A stretch of DNA of 64,000 nucleotides, taken from contig OY970314.1 of the NCBI GenBank assembly GCA_963716475.1, positions 787,865 to 851,864 of the forward strand. Direction: 5' to 3'. Shown one piece after another: positions 37,563 through 46,615 of this stretch. The stretch's first letter is position 1, and every line of letters starts with the position of its first letter. The notes beneath the pieces were generated by a model that had not been told where the DNA came from, did no database searches, and saw nothing but the letters and a program-made list of their open reading frames with translations. The translations under genes and the position numbers were made by a program. The stretch comes from Candidatus Woesebacteria bacterium. Lineage in GTDB: Bacteria; Patescibacteriota; Microgenomatia; UBA8517.

Positions 37563-38627
37563 ATGCAGATAATCAAAAGTGATAAAGGGGCGGTCAAGGT
37601 TGCTATCAAGGTTTTAAAAACCGGCGGTCTGGTCGTTTATCCGACTGAAACTCTATACGGAATTGGGGCTGATGCTACAAACCGCGAGGCAGTCAAAAAA
37701 CTTACCGAATATAAAGATAGGCCTTTCGGGAAACCGTATTCCATTGCCGTGACGGATCTGAAAATGGCGGAGGAATATGTTAAATTGAATTCTACTGCCA
37801 GAAATCTTTATAGAGAATTCCTTCCCGGACCCCTAACCATTATTTCAAGCGGAAAGCACAAAGTTGCCAAGGGAGTTGAATCCGAGGACGGAACTCTCGG
37901 AATCAGAATTCCTGACTATAAATTGGCCACCAATATTGTTAAGGAATACGGCAAACCCATTACAGCAACTAGTGCAAATGCCAGTTATAAAAAACGTCCG
38001 TATAAGATATCCGACATTTTGGAAAATATCAGCGGTAAGCAAAAAGGTTTAATAGACTTGATAATTGACGCCGGTGAACTTCCCCACAATGAACCGTCTA
38101 CTGTCATTGATACAACTCTTGATAATACCGTTACGCTTCGTCAGGGGAAAATTAAATTCAGCAACAAAAATGAAGTTCTAACTAAAAGTGAGGAATCTAC
38201 CCAAAATTTGGCCAAGGAAATCTGGCAAAAATACGAAGTCCAAAAAGGCAAGCGTGCGATTGTTTTCGCTCTTCAGGGAGATATGGGTACAGGAAAAACT
38301 ATTTTTACAAAAGGCCTGGCCCGGGCAATAGGAATAACCGAAGTTGTTACCTCCCCCACTTTCGCTTTGGAGAATCAATACTTAATACCTAATACCAAAC
38401 ACTCTCTTTACCATTTTGATGCTTGGCGTCTCGAAAAATCGGACGGGCTAAGAGCTCTTGGTTTTGAGAATCTGATCAAAAATAAATCTGTAATCTCTAT
38501 TGAATGGGCCGATAGGGTTTCTGGTGCGATCCGTGAATTTGATGATGAAGCAATCATTCTTTGGGTAAAATTGGAGTTTGGAAATAAGGAAAATGAGAGG
38601 ATTATTTCTTGGGGGGTCGCGCAGTGA
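37563..38627 (+). CDS. tsaC-tsaE: Fusion of TsaC/Sua5 (YrdC domain) with TsaE (YjeE P-loop ATPase) for t6A37 tRNA modification.
   Basis: The N-terminus KVLKTGGLVVYPTETLYGIGADATNREAVKKL is the YrdC signature. The C-terminus AIVFALQGDMGTGKTIFTKGLARAIGITEVVTSPTFALENQY...HFDAWRL is the TsaE signature. Confidence 0.8.
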   Translation: MQIIKSDKGAVKVAIKVLKTGGLVVYPTETLYGIGADATNREAVKKLTEYKDRPFGKPYSIAVTDLKMAEEYVKLNSTARNLYREFLPGPLTIISSGKHKVAKGVESEDGTLGIRIPDYKLATNIVKEYGKPITATSANASYKKRPYKISDILENISGKQKGLIDLIIDAGELPHNEPSTVIDTTLDNTVTLRQGKIKFSNKNEVLTKSEESTQNLAKEIWQKYEVQKGKRAIVFALQGDMGTGKTIFTKGLARAIGITEVVTSPTFALENQYLIPNTKHSLYHFDAWRLEKSDGLRALGFENLIKNKSVISIEWADRVSGAIREFDDEAIILWVKLEFGNKENERIISWGVAQ

Positions 38628-39646
38628 AAATACTATCAATCGACACATCGTGCGATGAGACAGCCGTAGCTGTAACAGAAGATACAAAAATTCTAAGTAA
38701 CGTTATTTGGTCCCAGGCAAGCGCCCATGCTAAATTTGGCGGAGTAATGCCCTCTCTCGCCCAGCGAATGCACGAGGAACGAATCGATTGGGTTATAGAT
38801 AAAGCCTTAAAAATATTAAAAACCGAAAGATTAGATGTAATTGCAGTGACTGTCGGACCGGGGCTTTCAATCGCACTCGGCGTCGGAATCGACAGAGCCA
38901 AAAAACTGGCTACAAAGTACGACAAGAAATTAATTGCGGTAAACCATCTTGAGGGACATGTGTTGAGCTCCTTATTAAATCATGAGAATCTTATCTCGGG
39001 AATCAAGTATCCCGCCTTAGGCCTAGTCGTTTCCGGTGGAAACACAATTCTTGTAAAAATTAATAAAATTGGGTCTTACGAAACCTTGGCACAAACAACT
39101 GATGATGCACTCGGCGAAGCTTTGGATAAAGGGGCAAGGATGTTGGGGCTGGGATACCCCGGCGGGGCTATTTTAGAAGAGTTCGCACGTGGTGGAAATG
39201 TAAAAGATTATTCATTACCCATCCCAATAGCCGGTCAAGAAGAAAGGAAAATATTTACCTACTCGGGATTAAAAACCTCTTTCTCTCGATTGGTAGAATC
39301 CGAAAAACCTTTAACTAAAAAGAAAATTATTAATCTTGTGGCTTGCTTCCAAAATGTCGCTTTCACTCACCTGATCCGTATTTGTTCGCACGTAATTAGA
39401 AATTCGAAATTTAAATTTACTACTCTTCTTGTTGGAGGCGGCGTCTCAGCAAACATAGAACTTAGAAGACGTTTAAGAAAACTGGGTAAGGAAACAGGAA
39501 TTGAAGTCTTATTTCCCTCCTCCAGGAAACTTACGGGTGATAATGCTGCAATGATTGGAATAGCTGCATATTTTAAAGCCAAACGTAGAGAGTTTGTTGA
39601 AGTTGATAAAATCGATCGAAATCCAAGCGCAAAGATTACTGATTGA
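38624..39646 (+). CDS. tsaD: tRNA N6-adenosine threonylcarbamoyltransferase TsaD (Kae1/Gcp family).
   Basis: KILSIDTSCDETAVAV...VNHLEGHVLS (HxEGH metal site)...GGVSAN. A GTG start overlaps the tsaC-tsaE stop (GTGA); the ORF track begins at 38609. Confidence 0.8.
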   Translation: MKILSIDTSCDETAVAVTEDTKILSNVIWSQASAHAKFGGVMPSLAQRMHEERIDWVIDKALKILKTERLDVIAVTVGPGLSIALGVGIDRAKKLATKYDKKLIAVNHLEGHVLSSLLNHENLISGIKYPALGLVVSGGNTILVKINKIGSYETLAQTTDDALGEALDKGARMLGLGYPGGAILEEFARGGNVKDYSLPIPIAGQEERKIFTYSGLKTSFSRLVESEKPLTKKKIINLVACFQNVAFTHLIRICSHVIRNSKFKFTTLLVGGGVSANIELRRRLRKLGKETGIEVLFPSSRKLTGDNAAMIGIAAYFKAKRREFVEVDKIDRNPSAKITD

Positions 39647-39662
39647 TGTTACAATATTAGGC

Positions 39663-41726
39663 ATGGAACCCCAGTACGATCACACAAAATACGAGAGTGA
39701 TATTTATAAAAAATGGGAAGACTCCGGCGCCTTTTCTCCAAAACATGATGGTAATAACCCGTTTACTATCATTATGCCCCCTCCAAATGCCAATGATCCC
39801 CTTCACATCGGACATGCCAGATTTGTCGCCATTGAGGATATCTTAATCCGCTACCACAGAATGAAAGGGGAACCAACCCTCTGGCTTCCGGGAAGCGATC
39901 ACGCAGGAATCGAAACCCAGTTCGTTTTTGAAAAGAAACTAAGGGAAAAAGGAAAAAGCCGTTTCGATTACGACCGCGATACTTTATATAAAATGATTTG
40001 GGATTATGTTCAGGAAAATACCGGATTAATGGAATCCCAACTCAAAAAACTCGGTGCCTCCTGTGACTGGAGTAGATTTAAGTACACACTTGATCCCGAA
40101 ATTATAAAAATCGTGTATAAAACCTTTAAGAAACTTTACGACGACGGGTTGGTATATCGGGGTGAAAGAATTGTAAATTATTGTCCCCGCTGCGGTACTG
40201 CCTATTCGCAACTAGAGGTAGATTACGTCGAACGCGATGATAATTTCTACTATCTGGATTACGGTACGATCACAATCGCCACAACCCGGCCCGAAACAAT
40301 ATTTGCAGACGTTGCGGTTGCCGTTAATCCCAAGGATAAAAGATACACTAAACTAATCGGATTAAACGCAAAAATACCGCTTATTAACCGCGACGTTGCC
40401 ATAATTGATGATAATCTTGTAGATATAAGCCTAGGAACCGGGGCTCTTAAAATTACACCTGCACATGACTCTACAGATTTCGAGATCGGGCAAACCCACA
40501 AACTCCCCATCATATCCGTAATTGATGAAAAAGGTCGTATGACAGGTACTCCCGAGAAATACATCGGTCTGAAAGCGGAAATGGCAAGAGCTGAAGTCGT
40601 AAAGGACTTACAGGCTGCAGGTAAGATAAAGGAAATCGACGTCATTCACCATTCGGTAGGCACTTGCTACAAGGATCACGGCTTAATCGAACCCATGGTT
40701 TCCAAACAGTGGTATATAAAGGTAGAAAGTTTAACTAAAAAAGCTCTTGGGTCAGTAAGAAACAAGGAAGTCAAGTTTGCCGTTAAAAAGTACGAGAAGA
40801 TAGCAACTAATTGGCTAAAAAACCTTAAAGATTGGAATATAAGCCGTCAAATTGTCTGGGGAATAAGAATTCCGGCCTGGAGATGCGAGAAGTGTTTGGA
40901 ATGGACAATCACCGACGGAGATATTCCGACCGAATGTTCAAGTTGCAACAATAAAGTTTTATCGCAAGACCCGGACACGTTTGATACCTGGTTTTCCTCG
41001 GGTCAATGGCCATTCGTCACTTTACAAACGGGAAAATCCGGCGATTTTGAAAAGTTTTATCCGACAAGTGTTATGGAAACGGCCTACGATATACTACCTT
41101 TCTGGGTGATAAGAATGATTATGCTCGGGGTTTATGCAACCGGAAAAGTTCCGTTTAAAGAAGTTGTTATCCATGGGCTTGTCAGGGACCGCGAAGGACA
41201 AAAAATAAGTAAGTCCAAAGGGAATGTCATAAATCCAATTGAGATGACCGAAAAATATGGTGCTGATTCTTTACGGATGGGGCTTGTTTGGGGAGGGCTT
41301 ATTGAAAACGATATCACCCTTGATGAACAAAAGATTAACGGTCAGAGAAAATTTGCAAACAAAATTTGGAATATCGCCAGGTTTGTCACTTCAAGTCAAT
41401 CCGTTAAAAAAGCCACAAAAAATGCCGACGATGAACTTGTTCTAAGCGAATTGAAACAAACAATTAAAAATGTTTCAAAAGATTTGAACAAATTCCGTTT
41501 AAACGAAGCCGCTGAAAAAATATATGATTTTGTATGGCATAAGTTCGCCGATGTCTATATTGAAAAAACCAAGGACAGACGCAAAGAAGCCCAACCTACT
41601 CTGGAAAAAGTCCTTGTCAATTCACTTAAACTTCTCCACCCGTTTATGCCCTTTGTCACAGAACAAATCTGGCACGAAATGGGGAATAATGAGCTTCTGA
41701 TTACTTCCGAGTGGCCTAAAACTTAA
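39663..41726 (+). CDS. valS: Valyl-tRNA synthetase, short form without the C-terminal coiled-coil.
   Basis: PPPNANDPLHIGHARFVAIEDILIRYHRMKGEPTLWLPGSDHAGIETQ (HIGH), KMSKS KISKSKGN, and CPRCGT Zn knuckle. The N-terminal region is ValRS-like rather than IleRS/LeuRS-like. Start at the internal Met; the ORF track begins at 39594. Confidence 0.8.
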   Translation: MEPQYDHTKYESDIYKKWEDSGAFSPKHDGNNPFTIIMPPPNANDPLHIGHARFVAIEDILIRYHRMKGEPTLWLPGSDHAGIETQFVFEKKLREKGKSRFDYDRDTLYKMIWDYVQENTGLMESQLKKLGASCDWSRFKYTLDPEIIKIVYKTFKKLYDDGLVYRGERIVNYCPRCGTAYSQLEVDYVERDDNFYYLDYGTITIATTRPETIFADVAVAVNPKDKRYTKLIGLNAKIPLINRDVAIIDDNLVDISLGTGALKITPAHDSTDFEIGQTHKLPIISVIDEKGRMTGTPEKYIGLKAEMARAEVVKDLQAAGKIKEIDVIHHSVGTCYKDHGLIEPMVSKQWYIKVESLTKKALGSVRNKEVKFAVKKYEKIATNWLKNLKDWNISRQIVWGIRIPAWRCEKCLEWTITDGDIPTECSSCNNKVLSQDPDTFDTWFSSGQWPFVTLQTGKSGDFEKFYPTSVMETAYDILPFWVIRMIMLGVYATGKVPFKEVVIHGLVRDREGQKISKSKGNVINPIEMTEKYGADSLRMGLVWGGLIENDITLDEQKINGQRKFANKIWNIARFVTSSQSVKKATKNADDELVLSELKQTIKNVSKDLNKFRLNEAAEKIYDFVWHKFADVYIEKTKDRRKEAQPTLEKVLVNSLKLLHPFMPFVTEQIWHEMGNNELLITSEWPKT

Positions 41727-42238
41727 GGGGCCGCAGTTGGAGAACTTGAAGGCCTTGCTGTTGGGCTGGCAGTAGGGCTTGCGGTCAGACTAGCAGATGG
41801 GGACGCTGTTGAAATTGGTCTTCCGGAACCGCTTGCTGTCGGTACTTCTATCGGAGTAGCGGCCGGAATAATGGTTGGTGTAAATGTGGCCACCGTCGTT
41901 GGGGTTGGCTGAGGTGAAAGAAGTTTTGCACCAAAAACATACGCCGCAACTGCCAAAACAGCAACTAATGCCAAAATTATCGCTATTATCAATAAAGGTG
42001 ATTTTTTCTTTGGACTTTCCTGCACAGGAGTCACTGTTTCAGCCGGAGGGGGTGACGCGGTCTCTAAAGGAATCACTGACGGAGATTCCTGTGCCTGTGG
42101 GTTCTGTACAACGGGCTGTTCCACGGGTACCGGCTGCTGCGGAACGGTAACATCCTGTTTAACGGGGTTTTGCAAATCCTGTCCGGGGTTCTTTACTCCA
42201 CCATCTTCCCCTTGCGGATTTTGATTATTTGGGTCCAT
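41723..42238 (-). CDS. Pro/Gln/Thr-rich single-pass membrane protein, hypothetical.
   Basis: 171 aa with a low-complexity N-terminal half, a TM LLIIAIILALVAVLAVAAYVF, and a PT-rich tail. Confidence 0.35.
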   Translation of the reverse strand: MDPNNQNPQGEDGGVKNPGQDLQNPVKQDVTVPQQPVPVEQPVVQNPQAQESPSVIPLETASPPPAETVTPVQESPKKKSPLLIIAIILALVAVLAVAAYVFGAKLLSPQPTPTTVATFTPTIIPAATPIEVPTASGSGRPISTASPSASLTASPTASPTARPSSSPTAAP

Positions 42239-42253
42239 ACTCTACATTAACAT

Positions 42254-42517
42254 ATGTCTGCCAAACGGGTCAACAAGGCCGCCATTGAACTCTTCATCTT
42301 TGTTGCTGCGCTTCTTGTTTTGCTTCTCTCCGCAGTAAACATAGAAAGTTTTCAGTCTCCCAAAAAAGTCTTAGGTGCTGAAGTCCAAATAAACTCCGAC
42401 GATAAATTCTGGCAAGATTTTCTAAATAAAAACCCGGATTATATTCCCGGCTGGATGGAAATAGGAAGAATAGATAAAGTAAAAGAAATCGATCCCAACT
42501 ATTCAAAAGTGAAGTAA
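42254..42517 (+). CDS. Small secreted or membrane-anchored protein, hypothetical.
   Basis: 87 aa with an N-terminal hydrophobic segment and no recognisable motif. Confidence 0.3.
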   Translation: MSAKRVNKAAIELFIFVAALLVLLLSAVNIESFQSPKKVLGAEVQINSDDKFWQDFLNKNPDYIPGWMEIGRIDKVKEIDPNYSKVK

Positions 42518-42519
42518 AT

Positions 42520-42708
42520 TTAATGCTCTCCGTCTTCCTCCTGGCCTAGAATGTCATCAGGCAAGTTCCGAAAGTCTGTAGTAGGTTTTTTAGATGATAA
42601 CAATAAATCCTTAATTGTCTGGATAAGACTTCTTCTGTCCATTGAATTTACAAATCCGTCAGGATCCCTTCCATCTAATTCTTGCAAAAAGCCGTTTTCA
42701 AGACTCAT
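42520..42708 (-). CDS. Possible small acidic protein (62 aa) encoded 4 nt downstream of rplY.
   Basis: ATG 42708 follows the rplY stop (42713-42715) by 4 nt. The protein is MSLENGFLQELDGRDPDGFVNSMDRRSLIQTIKDLL.... It is part of the longer ORF-track entry 42520..42924, whose 5' part overlaps rplY out of frame. Confidence 0.2.
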   Translation of the reverse strand: MSLENGFLQELDGRDPDGFVNSMDRRSLIQTIKDLLLSSKKPTTDFRNLPDDILGQEEDGEH

Positions 42709-42712
42709 AAAA

Positions 42713-43411
42713 TTATTTTTGAGGTTCTTCTTTCGAAGCAGGGGCACCTTCAGCGGGAACCTCACCTTCAACTGGCACTTCTCCCTCAGCAGGTACGGAT
42801 CCCTCGGCAGGAACTTCTCCTTCAGCGGGGGGTGGAGGAGCAACAACTTCCTCTTTTTGAGGAGGTTCAACTTTAACAACAATTTCATCCGCTCCTGTTT
42901 TAATATCAACCTTGCTTCGATCAACCTTCAGGTCTTTTACTAAGATTGATTGATCAACATCGGATAATTCAGACGTATCCACAACAAACTTCTCAGGGAG
43001 ATCCGTTGGAAGGGCCTCAACTTTAATTTCGTTAAGGTATTGGACAACTGTGCCTATTGCCTGCTTTTCCGCCGGGGCTTCACCTGCCAATTCGACAGGC
43101 ACTCCCGCTTCAACTTTTTCTTTAAGGTCTACCTGTAAGAAATCGACATGAACGGGAATGTCGCTAACCGGATTAACCTGAAGATTATGAATTAGAACGG
43201 GTTTTTCTTCTTTTCCGATTTCAAGAGTCAAAAGACCCGTTTCCCCTACCTCTTTGTAAACTTTCTCAAAATCTTTGAATATAACCTGAACAGCCTCGGA
43301 CTTTATTTTTTTCCCGGAAATATTTCCAGGTAGAATCCCCTCTCTGCGGAGATTTTTTACCTTTCTGCCGGAAATTTTCCTAACTTCTGCTTTTAGCGTA
43401 AATTTGTCCAT
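42713..43411 (-). CDS. rplY: Ribosomal protein L25 / general stress protein Ctc (long form) with an acidic repetitive C-terminal tail.
   Basis: MDKFTLKAEVRKISGRKVKNLRREGILPGNISGKK...LTLEIGKEEKPVLIHNLQVNPVSDIPVHVDFLQV... Confidence 0.85.
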   Translation of the reverse strand: MDKFTLKAEVRKISGRKVKNLRREGILPGNISGKKIKSEAVQVIFKDFEKVYKEVGETGLLTLEIGKEEKPVLIHNLQVNPVSDIPVHVDFLQVDLKEKVEAGVPVELAGEAPAEKQAIGTVVQYLNEIKVEALPTDLPEKFVVDTSELSDVDQSILVKDLKVDRSKVDIKTGADEIVVKVEPPQKEEVVAPPPPAEGEVPAEGSVPAEGEVPVEGEVPAEGAPASKEEPQK

Positions 43412-43412
43412 A

Positions 43413-46046
43413 TTACCAAGCGAGGCGCAGGAACAAATCCCGTGCCAAGGTTGTATTATAACTGTAAGAACCCTCCCTGGTCAAGGCAAACCTCGGGTCA
43501 GGATTGGACTGTGTTCCACCGCCCTCAATAATAATATTTATCGGGTCGGAATCGGTACCCGCCTGTTTTCTAATATACAGGCCGTAATTCGCCAAATGAG
43601 TTGTTTCTTCCGACCCCGATGTCCAGGAAAATTCTATGTTTTTATCGCCACCGGCCAAAAGATCCACCAGTACGCCTATCTCTATATGACCCCTCACCTC
43701 AGTCAACTCGGGAGATAACGTTTCCTGAACTCCGGCATTATAACTTATAACAGAAACTGTAGATGCATCGTCAGGAACCAAAATCCTCACATAAGCCTTA
43801 TATCTGCCCGAGGGCCCGAGTGCGGGGTTGGCCGGATTTTTAAGGGATAGTGTCAATTTGTGATTTATTTCGCTTGCGCCGAGAGTTACGTCAAGGTTGA
43901 TATTTCTCTGAATAAAATAATTTGTTTTATTATCACCAACGTTTGCCTCAACAACACCTACCAGATCGGCATAACAACTTGTTCCGCAAGTAGGTGTTGC
44001 CACAGCTCCGTCCCAGCCGAGTGCTGAGAAAGCATCTTGTGAAACGTTTTCGTGTAAATATACTTGAATGTGACGTTCGTCAAGGCTTGCATAAAAAGTT
44101 CTGAGCATGTCTACTTTTTGGTTTGTCTTTAGGCTGCTAAAATCAGCCAAAAGACTTCGTGAAAGAGCGGTCAGGAAACTAGCTTTGTTGTGGGTCCCCG
44201 GGAAAAAACTGCTATCTACTTCACTTTGTGTTTTTTCGTATAAATTATCTGAGGTAATGTCCAAATTGTAATCAGACAAAAATATCGGGCCGGTATTTTT
44301 AAGCATTTCCTTTATCGGAAATAGATCTACTGCTACGACCCCATCAACCTGTTTACTTATTTCTTTGTCCAAAAACCATTCCGCCCTTTTGGCCGAAGTC
44401 GGAAAATCGGGATCCCAGTTGGAATCTCTGAACCACCAATTTGCCTCGCCCAAATAGTTTTTAATCGGGGCCGGGGGTTCTACGTGCCCGTTAAGTTGTC
44501 CGTCTGCAGAGTAAACATCGTTAACGGTAAGATCGGTAAGACGCCCGCTGTCAAAAGTAAGTAATCCAAAAGAACCAATAAAACCACCCGTAGGCCTTAG
44601 TTCCATGTTGTTTTCAAAAAGAACCAAATACGTTTTACTTTTATCTTGTCCCAGGAGTTCGGGAGCATTGGCGGCGAGAATCCGGCACTCTGAAATTAGA
44701 TTGATAAACCGCTCAAAATCAATTTTGCTCAATATTTTTTTTGCCAGAATAATGTTTTGTTCTGAGGCGTTATCTGTCAACGATTTTGTTAATAGAACGT
44801 CATTGTAAAGAAATTCCACCTCAGATTCAATTTTGCGGGACTGGTTGGTCGAGTCGTAAACCTGATCCCCGAATACACTTTCAAACAGTTTGGTTGTATC
44901 TTTGACAACAGGTATAGCATGAGTTCCGATGGTATCGGATTGCTCTGTGAAAACTGATGCAAATTCTGTTTCTTTGTAAATTAAACGAAACCCCGGAATG
45001 TAGCTAAAAACTTTACTTGTCTTTTCTGAGACTACGGCGAAAGTCCGGGCCAACAAAAAAGAATTTTGAGAAAAACCGTCATTACCTGCTACAAAACTTT
45101 TGTATGCTATAAAAGTAATAAGCAGACTTATTAATACGGTAACAAAAGGAAACACTAAAAGGAGAAAAAGTGCCAGAATTACGGTCTTAAATTTCCTGAA
45201 GGACGGCTTCTTGATTTTAACAATCTTTTTTTTGTCTTCTTTCGTCTCCGTCGCCGGCGCCGGGTGTTTGGGCCAGTTATTTCTTAGCCAGCCGTATGTT
45301 TCATTCAAAGTAAAGCCTAAATTACTACTCACAATTTCTCTTTCAAAATCCTTAGGTATGCTTCTTGCAGCAATTTTTAAGTCATATTTTAATTTAAGGT
45401 CACCAACATATTTTTGGTTGTAGTTCCAAAAAGTATCGCCAGAGGTCTGGCTTCCTAGAAGAAAAACCACTTTACCATAAGGTCCGAACGAAAAAAGCCA
45501 CCTGACTATTACTTTCACTGCATCCGCTATAAAAATTGGGAATAGTACGTCCCCAACCGCCAATGTCATTTTTCTTTCATAAAGAATCTCCGATAACAAC
45601 CTCGAGGCCAACAGATCACTTTCGAGATCAATCCTCGGACCAAGTAAATCCCCCACAAAGAGCACTACTAAGCTGTCAGGAACTTTAAATTTTTCAACCC
45701 GGCTCCTGTCAAACGCCTCAAGGGGAAAAATAACCAAAGTCTTTACTTGGGTTATGTCTATTAGTGAACTAAAATCGGCATATTCTTTGTAAGCATTAAA
45801 TGAATTTACAAAGCCTCCAAAAAAGATCGCGTAATCATATAGGTTATTGCTGTCAAGGTTTTTTCTATCGATAATGCTAAATTTATTGTTTGTTGATAAC
45901 TGGCGTGTTCTACTTTTCCAGTTGCTCGTGTCTTTTGTTATAACATTAACAATACAATTTTTGGAAAGAAGGTTTTCAAGAATATTTACTGCCAAAAAGT
46001 TTGCGTCCGAAAATAAACAAATTAAAAGTTTGCCTTGAGGGTTCAT
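43413..46046 (-). CDS. Large membrane protein with an N-terminal Rossmann-like domain, one TM and a C-terminal DUF4012-like extracytoplasmic domain (capsule/exopolysaccharide-locus type).
   Basis: 877 aa with the TM VILALFLLLVFPFVTVLISLLITFIAY. The C-terminal LRPTGGFIGSFGLLTFDSGRLTDLTVNDVYSADGQ...NWWFRDSNWDPDFP resembles DUF4012. It sits directly upstream of rplY. Confidence 0.5.
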   Translation of the reverse strand: MNPQGKLLICLFSDANFLAVNILENLLSKNCIVNVITKDTSNWKSRTRQLSTNNKFSIIDRKNLDSNNLYDYAIFFGGFVNSFNAYKEYADFSSLIDITQVKTLVIFPLEAFDRSRVEKFKVPDSLVVLFVGDLLGPRIDLESDLLASRLLSEILYERKMTLAVGDVLFPIFIADAVKVIVRWLFSFGPYGKVVFLLGSQTSGDTFWNYNQKYVGDLKLKYDLKIAARSIPKDFEREIVSSNLGFTLNETYGWLRNNWPKHPAPATETKEDKKKIVKIKKPSFRKFKTVILALFLLLVFPFVTVLISLLITFIAYKSFVAGNDGFSQNSFLLARTFAVVSEKTSKVFSYIPGFRLIYKETEFASVFTEQSDTIGTHAIPVVKDTTKLFESVFGDQVYDSTNQSRKIESEVEFLYNDVLLTKSLTDNASEQNIILAKKILSKIDFERFINLISECRILAANAPELLGQDKSKTYLVLFENNMELRPTGGFIGSFGLLTFDSGRLTDLTVNDVYSADGQLNGHVEPPAPIKNYLGEANWWFRDSNWDPDFPTSAKRAEWFLDKEISKQVDGVVAVDLFPIKEMLKNTGPIFLSDYNLDITSDNLYEKTQSEVDSSFFPGTHNKASFLTALSRSLLADFSSLKTNQKVDMLRTFYASLDERHIQVYLHENVSQDAFSALGWDGAVATPTCGTSCYADLVGVVEANVGDNKTNYFIQRNINLDVTLGASEINHKLTLSLKNPANPALGPSGRYKAYVRILVPDDASTVSVISYNAGVQETLSPELTEVRGHIEIGVLVDLLAGGDKNIEFSWTSGSEETTHLANYGLYIRKQAGTDSDPINIIIEGGGTQSNPDPRFALTREGSYSYNTTLARDLFLRLAW

Positions 46047-46192
46047 GTCATTAGTATTATCTCCGCAAAAATATTTATTTAACTGGTGCCAATTTTTGCT
46101 TCTAAAACTGTTTTCAAGTTTTACGTAAAAAATATTTTACTTCCCTTGCACGAAAACGTGAAATTTTCATACTAAATTTTCCCAAATATATA

Positions 46193-46615
46193 TTAACTAT
46201 TTTTGTCCAGCTCTCTGTTTACTAAAACGTCTGCTTTCTTGTTTTTTGAACGGGGAATGTTTTTATACAAAATCGTTAGTTCAATTGTTTTTGACAACTT
46301 ATTTACCTGAAGGAAAAGCTCTGTAAGTTTTTTGTCTTTTACCTTATAGACTCCGCTAATTTGCCGTGCAACCAACTCGGAATCCAAATAAAATATTGCC
46401 GACCTTGCCGTAAGGTTTTTATGGTTAGTGCTAAGCCACTTAAGAGCAAGTATCACACCCTGATATTCTGCGCAGTTATTCGTTGAGTTCCCTAAAAAAC
46501 CAGACTCTTCCTGAATTATTTTTCCGCCGACTTCAGCAACAAAAGCGCAGGCGGCCGGCCCCGGATTACCTCTGGCCCCCCCGTCGGTATGAATAACAAT
46601 TCCGTCTTCATTCAT
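46193..46615 (-). CDS. rnhA: Ribonuclease HI-like (type 1 RNase H).
   Basis: IVIHTDGGARGNPGPAACAFV...NCAEYQGVILALKW...LDSELV carries the DEDD-type catalytic residues in context. Confidence 0.7.
   Translation of the reverse strand: MNEDGIVIHTDGGARGNPGPAACAFVAEVGGKIIQEESGFLGNSTNNCAEYQGVILALKWLSTNHKNLTARSAIFYLDSELVARQISGVYKVKDKKLTELFLQVNKLSKTIELTILYKNIPRSKNKKADVLVNRELDKNS

Noticed and set aside
42520-42943. Overlapping ORF pair 42520..42924 (minus) and 42551..42943 (plus) encoding Lys/Leu/Arg-rich peptides
   Set aside because: Their 5' parts overlap rplY in other frames and mirror its acidic repeat tail. Only the distal 62-codon piece (42520..42708) lying outside rplY is kept, as a low-confidence candidate.
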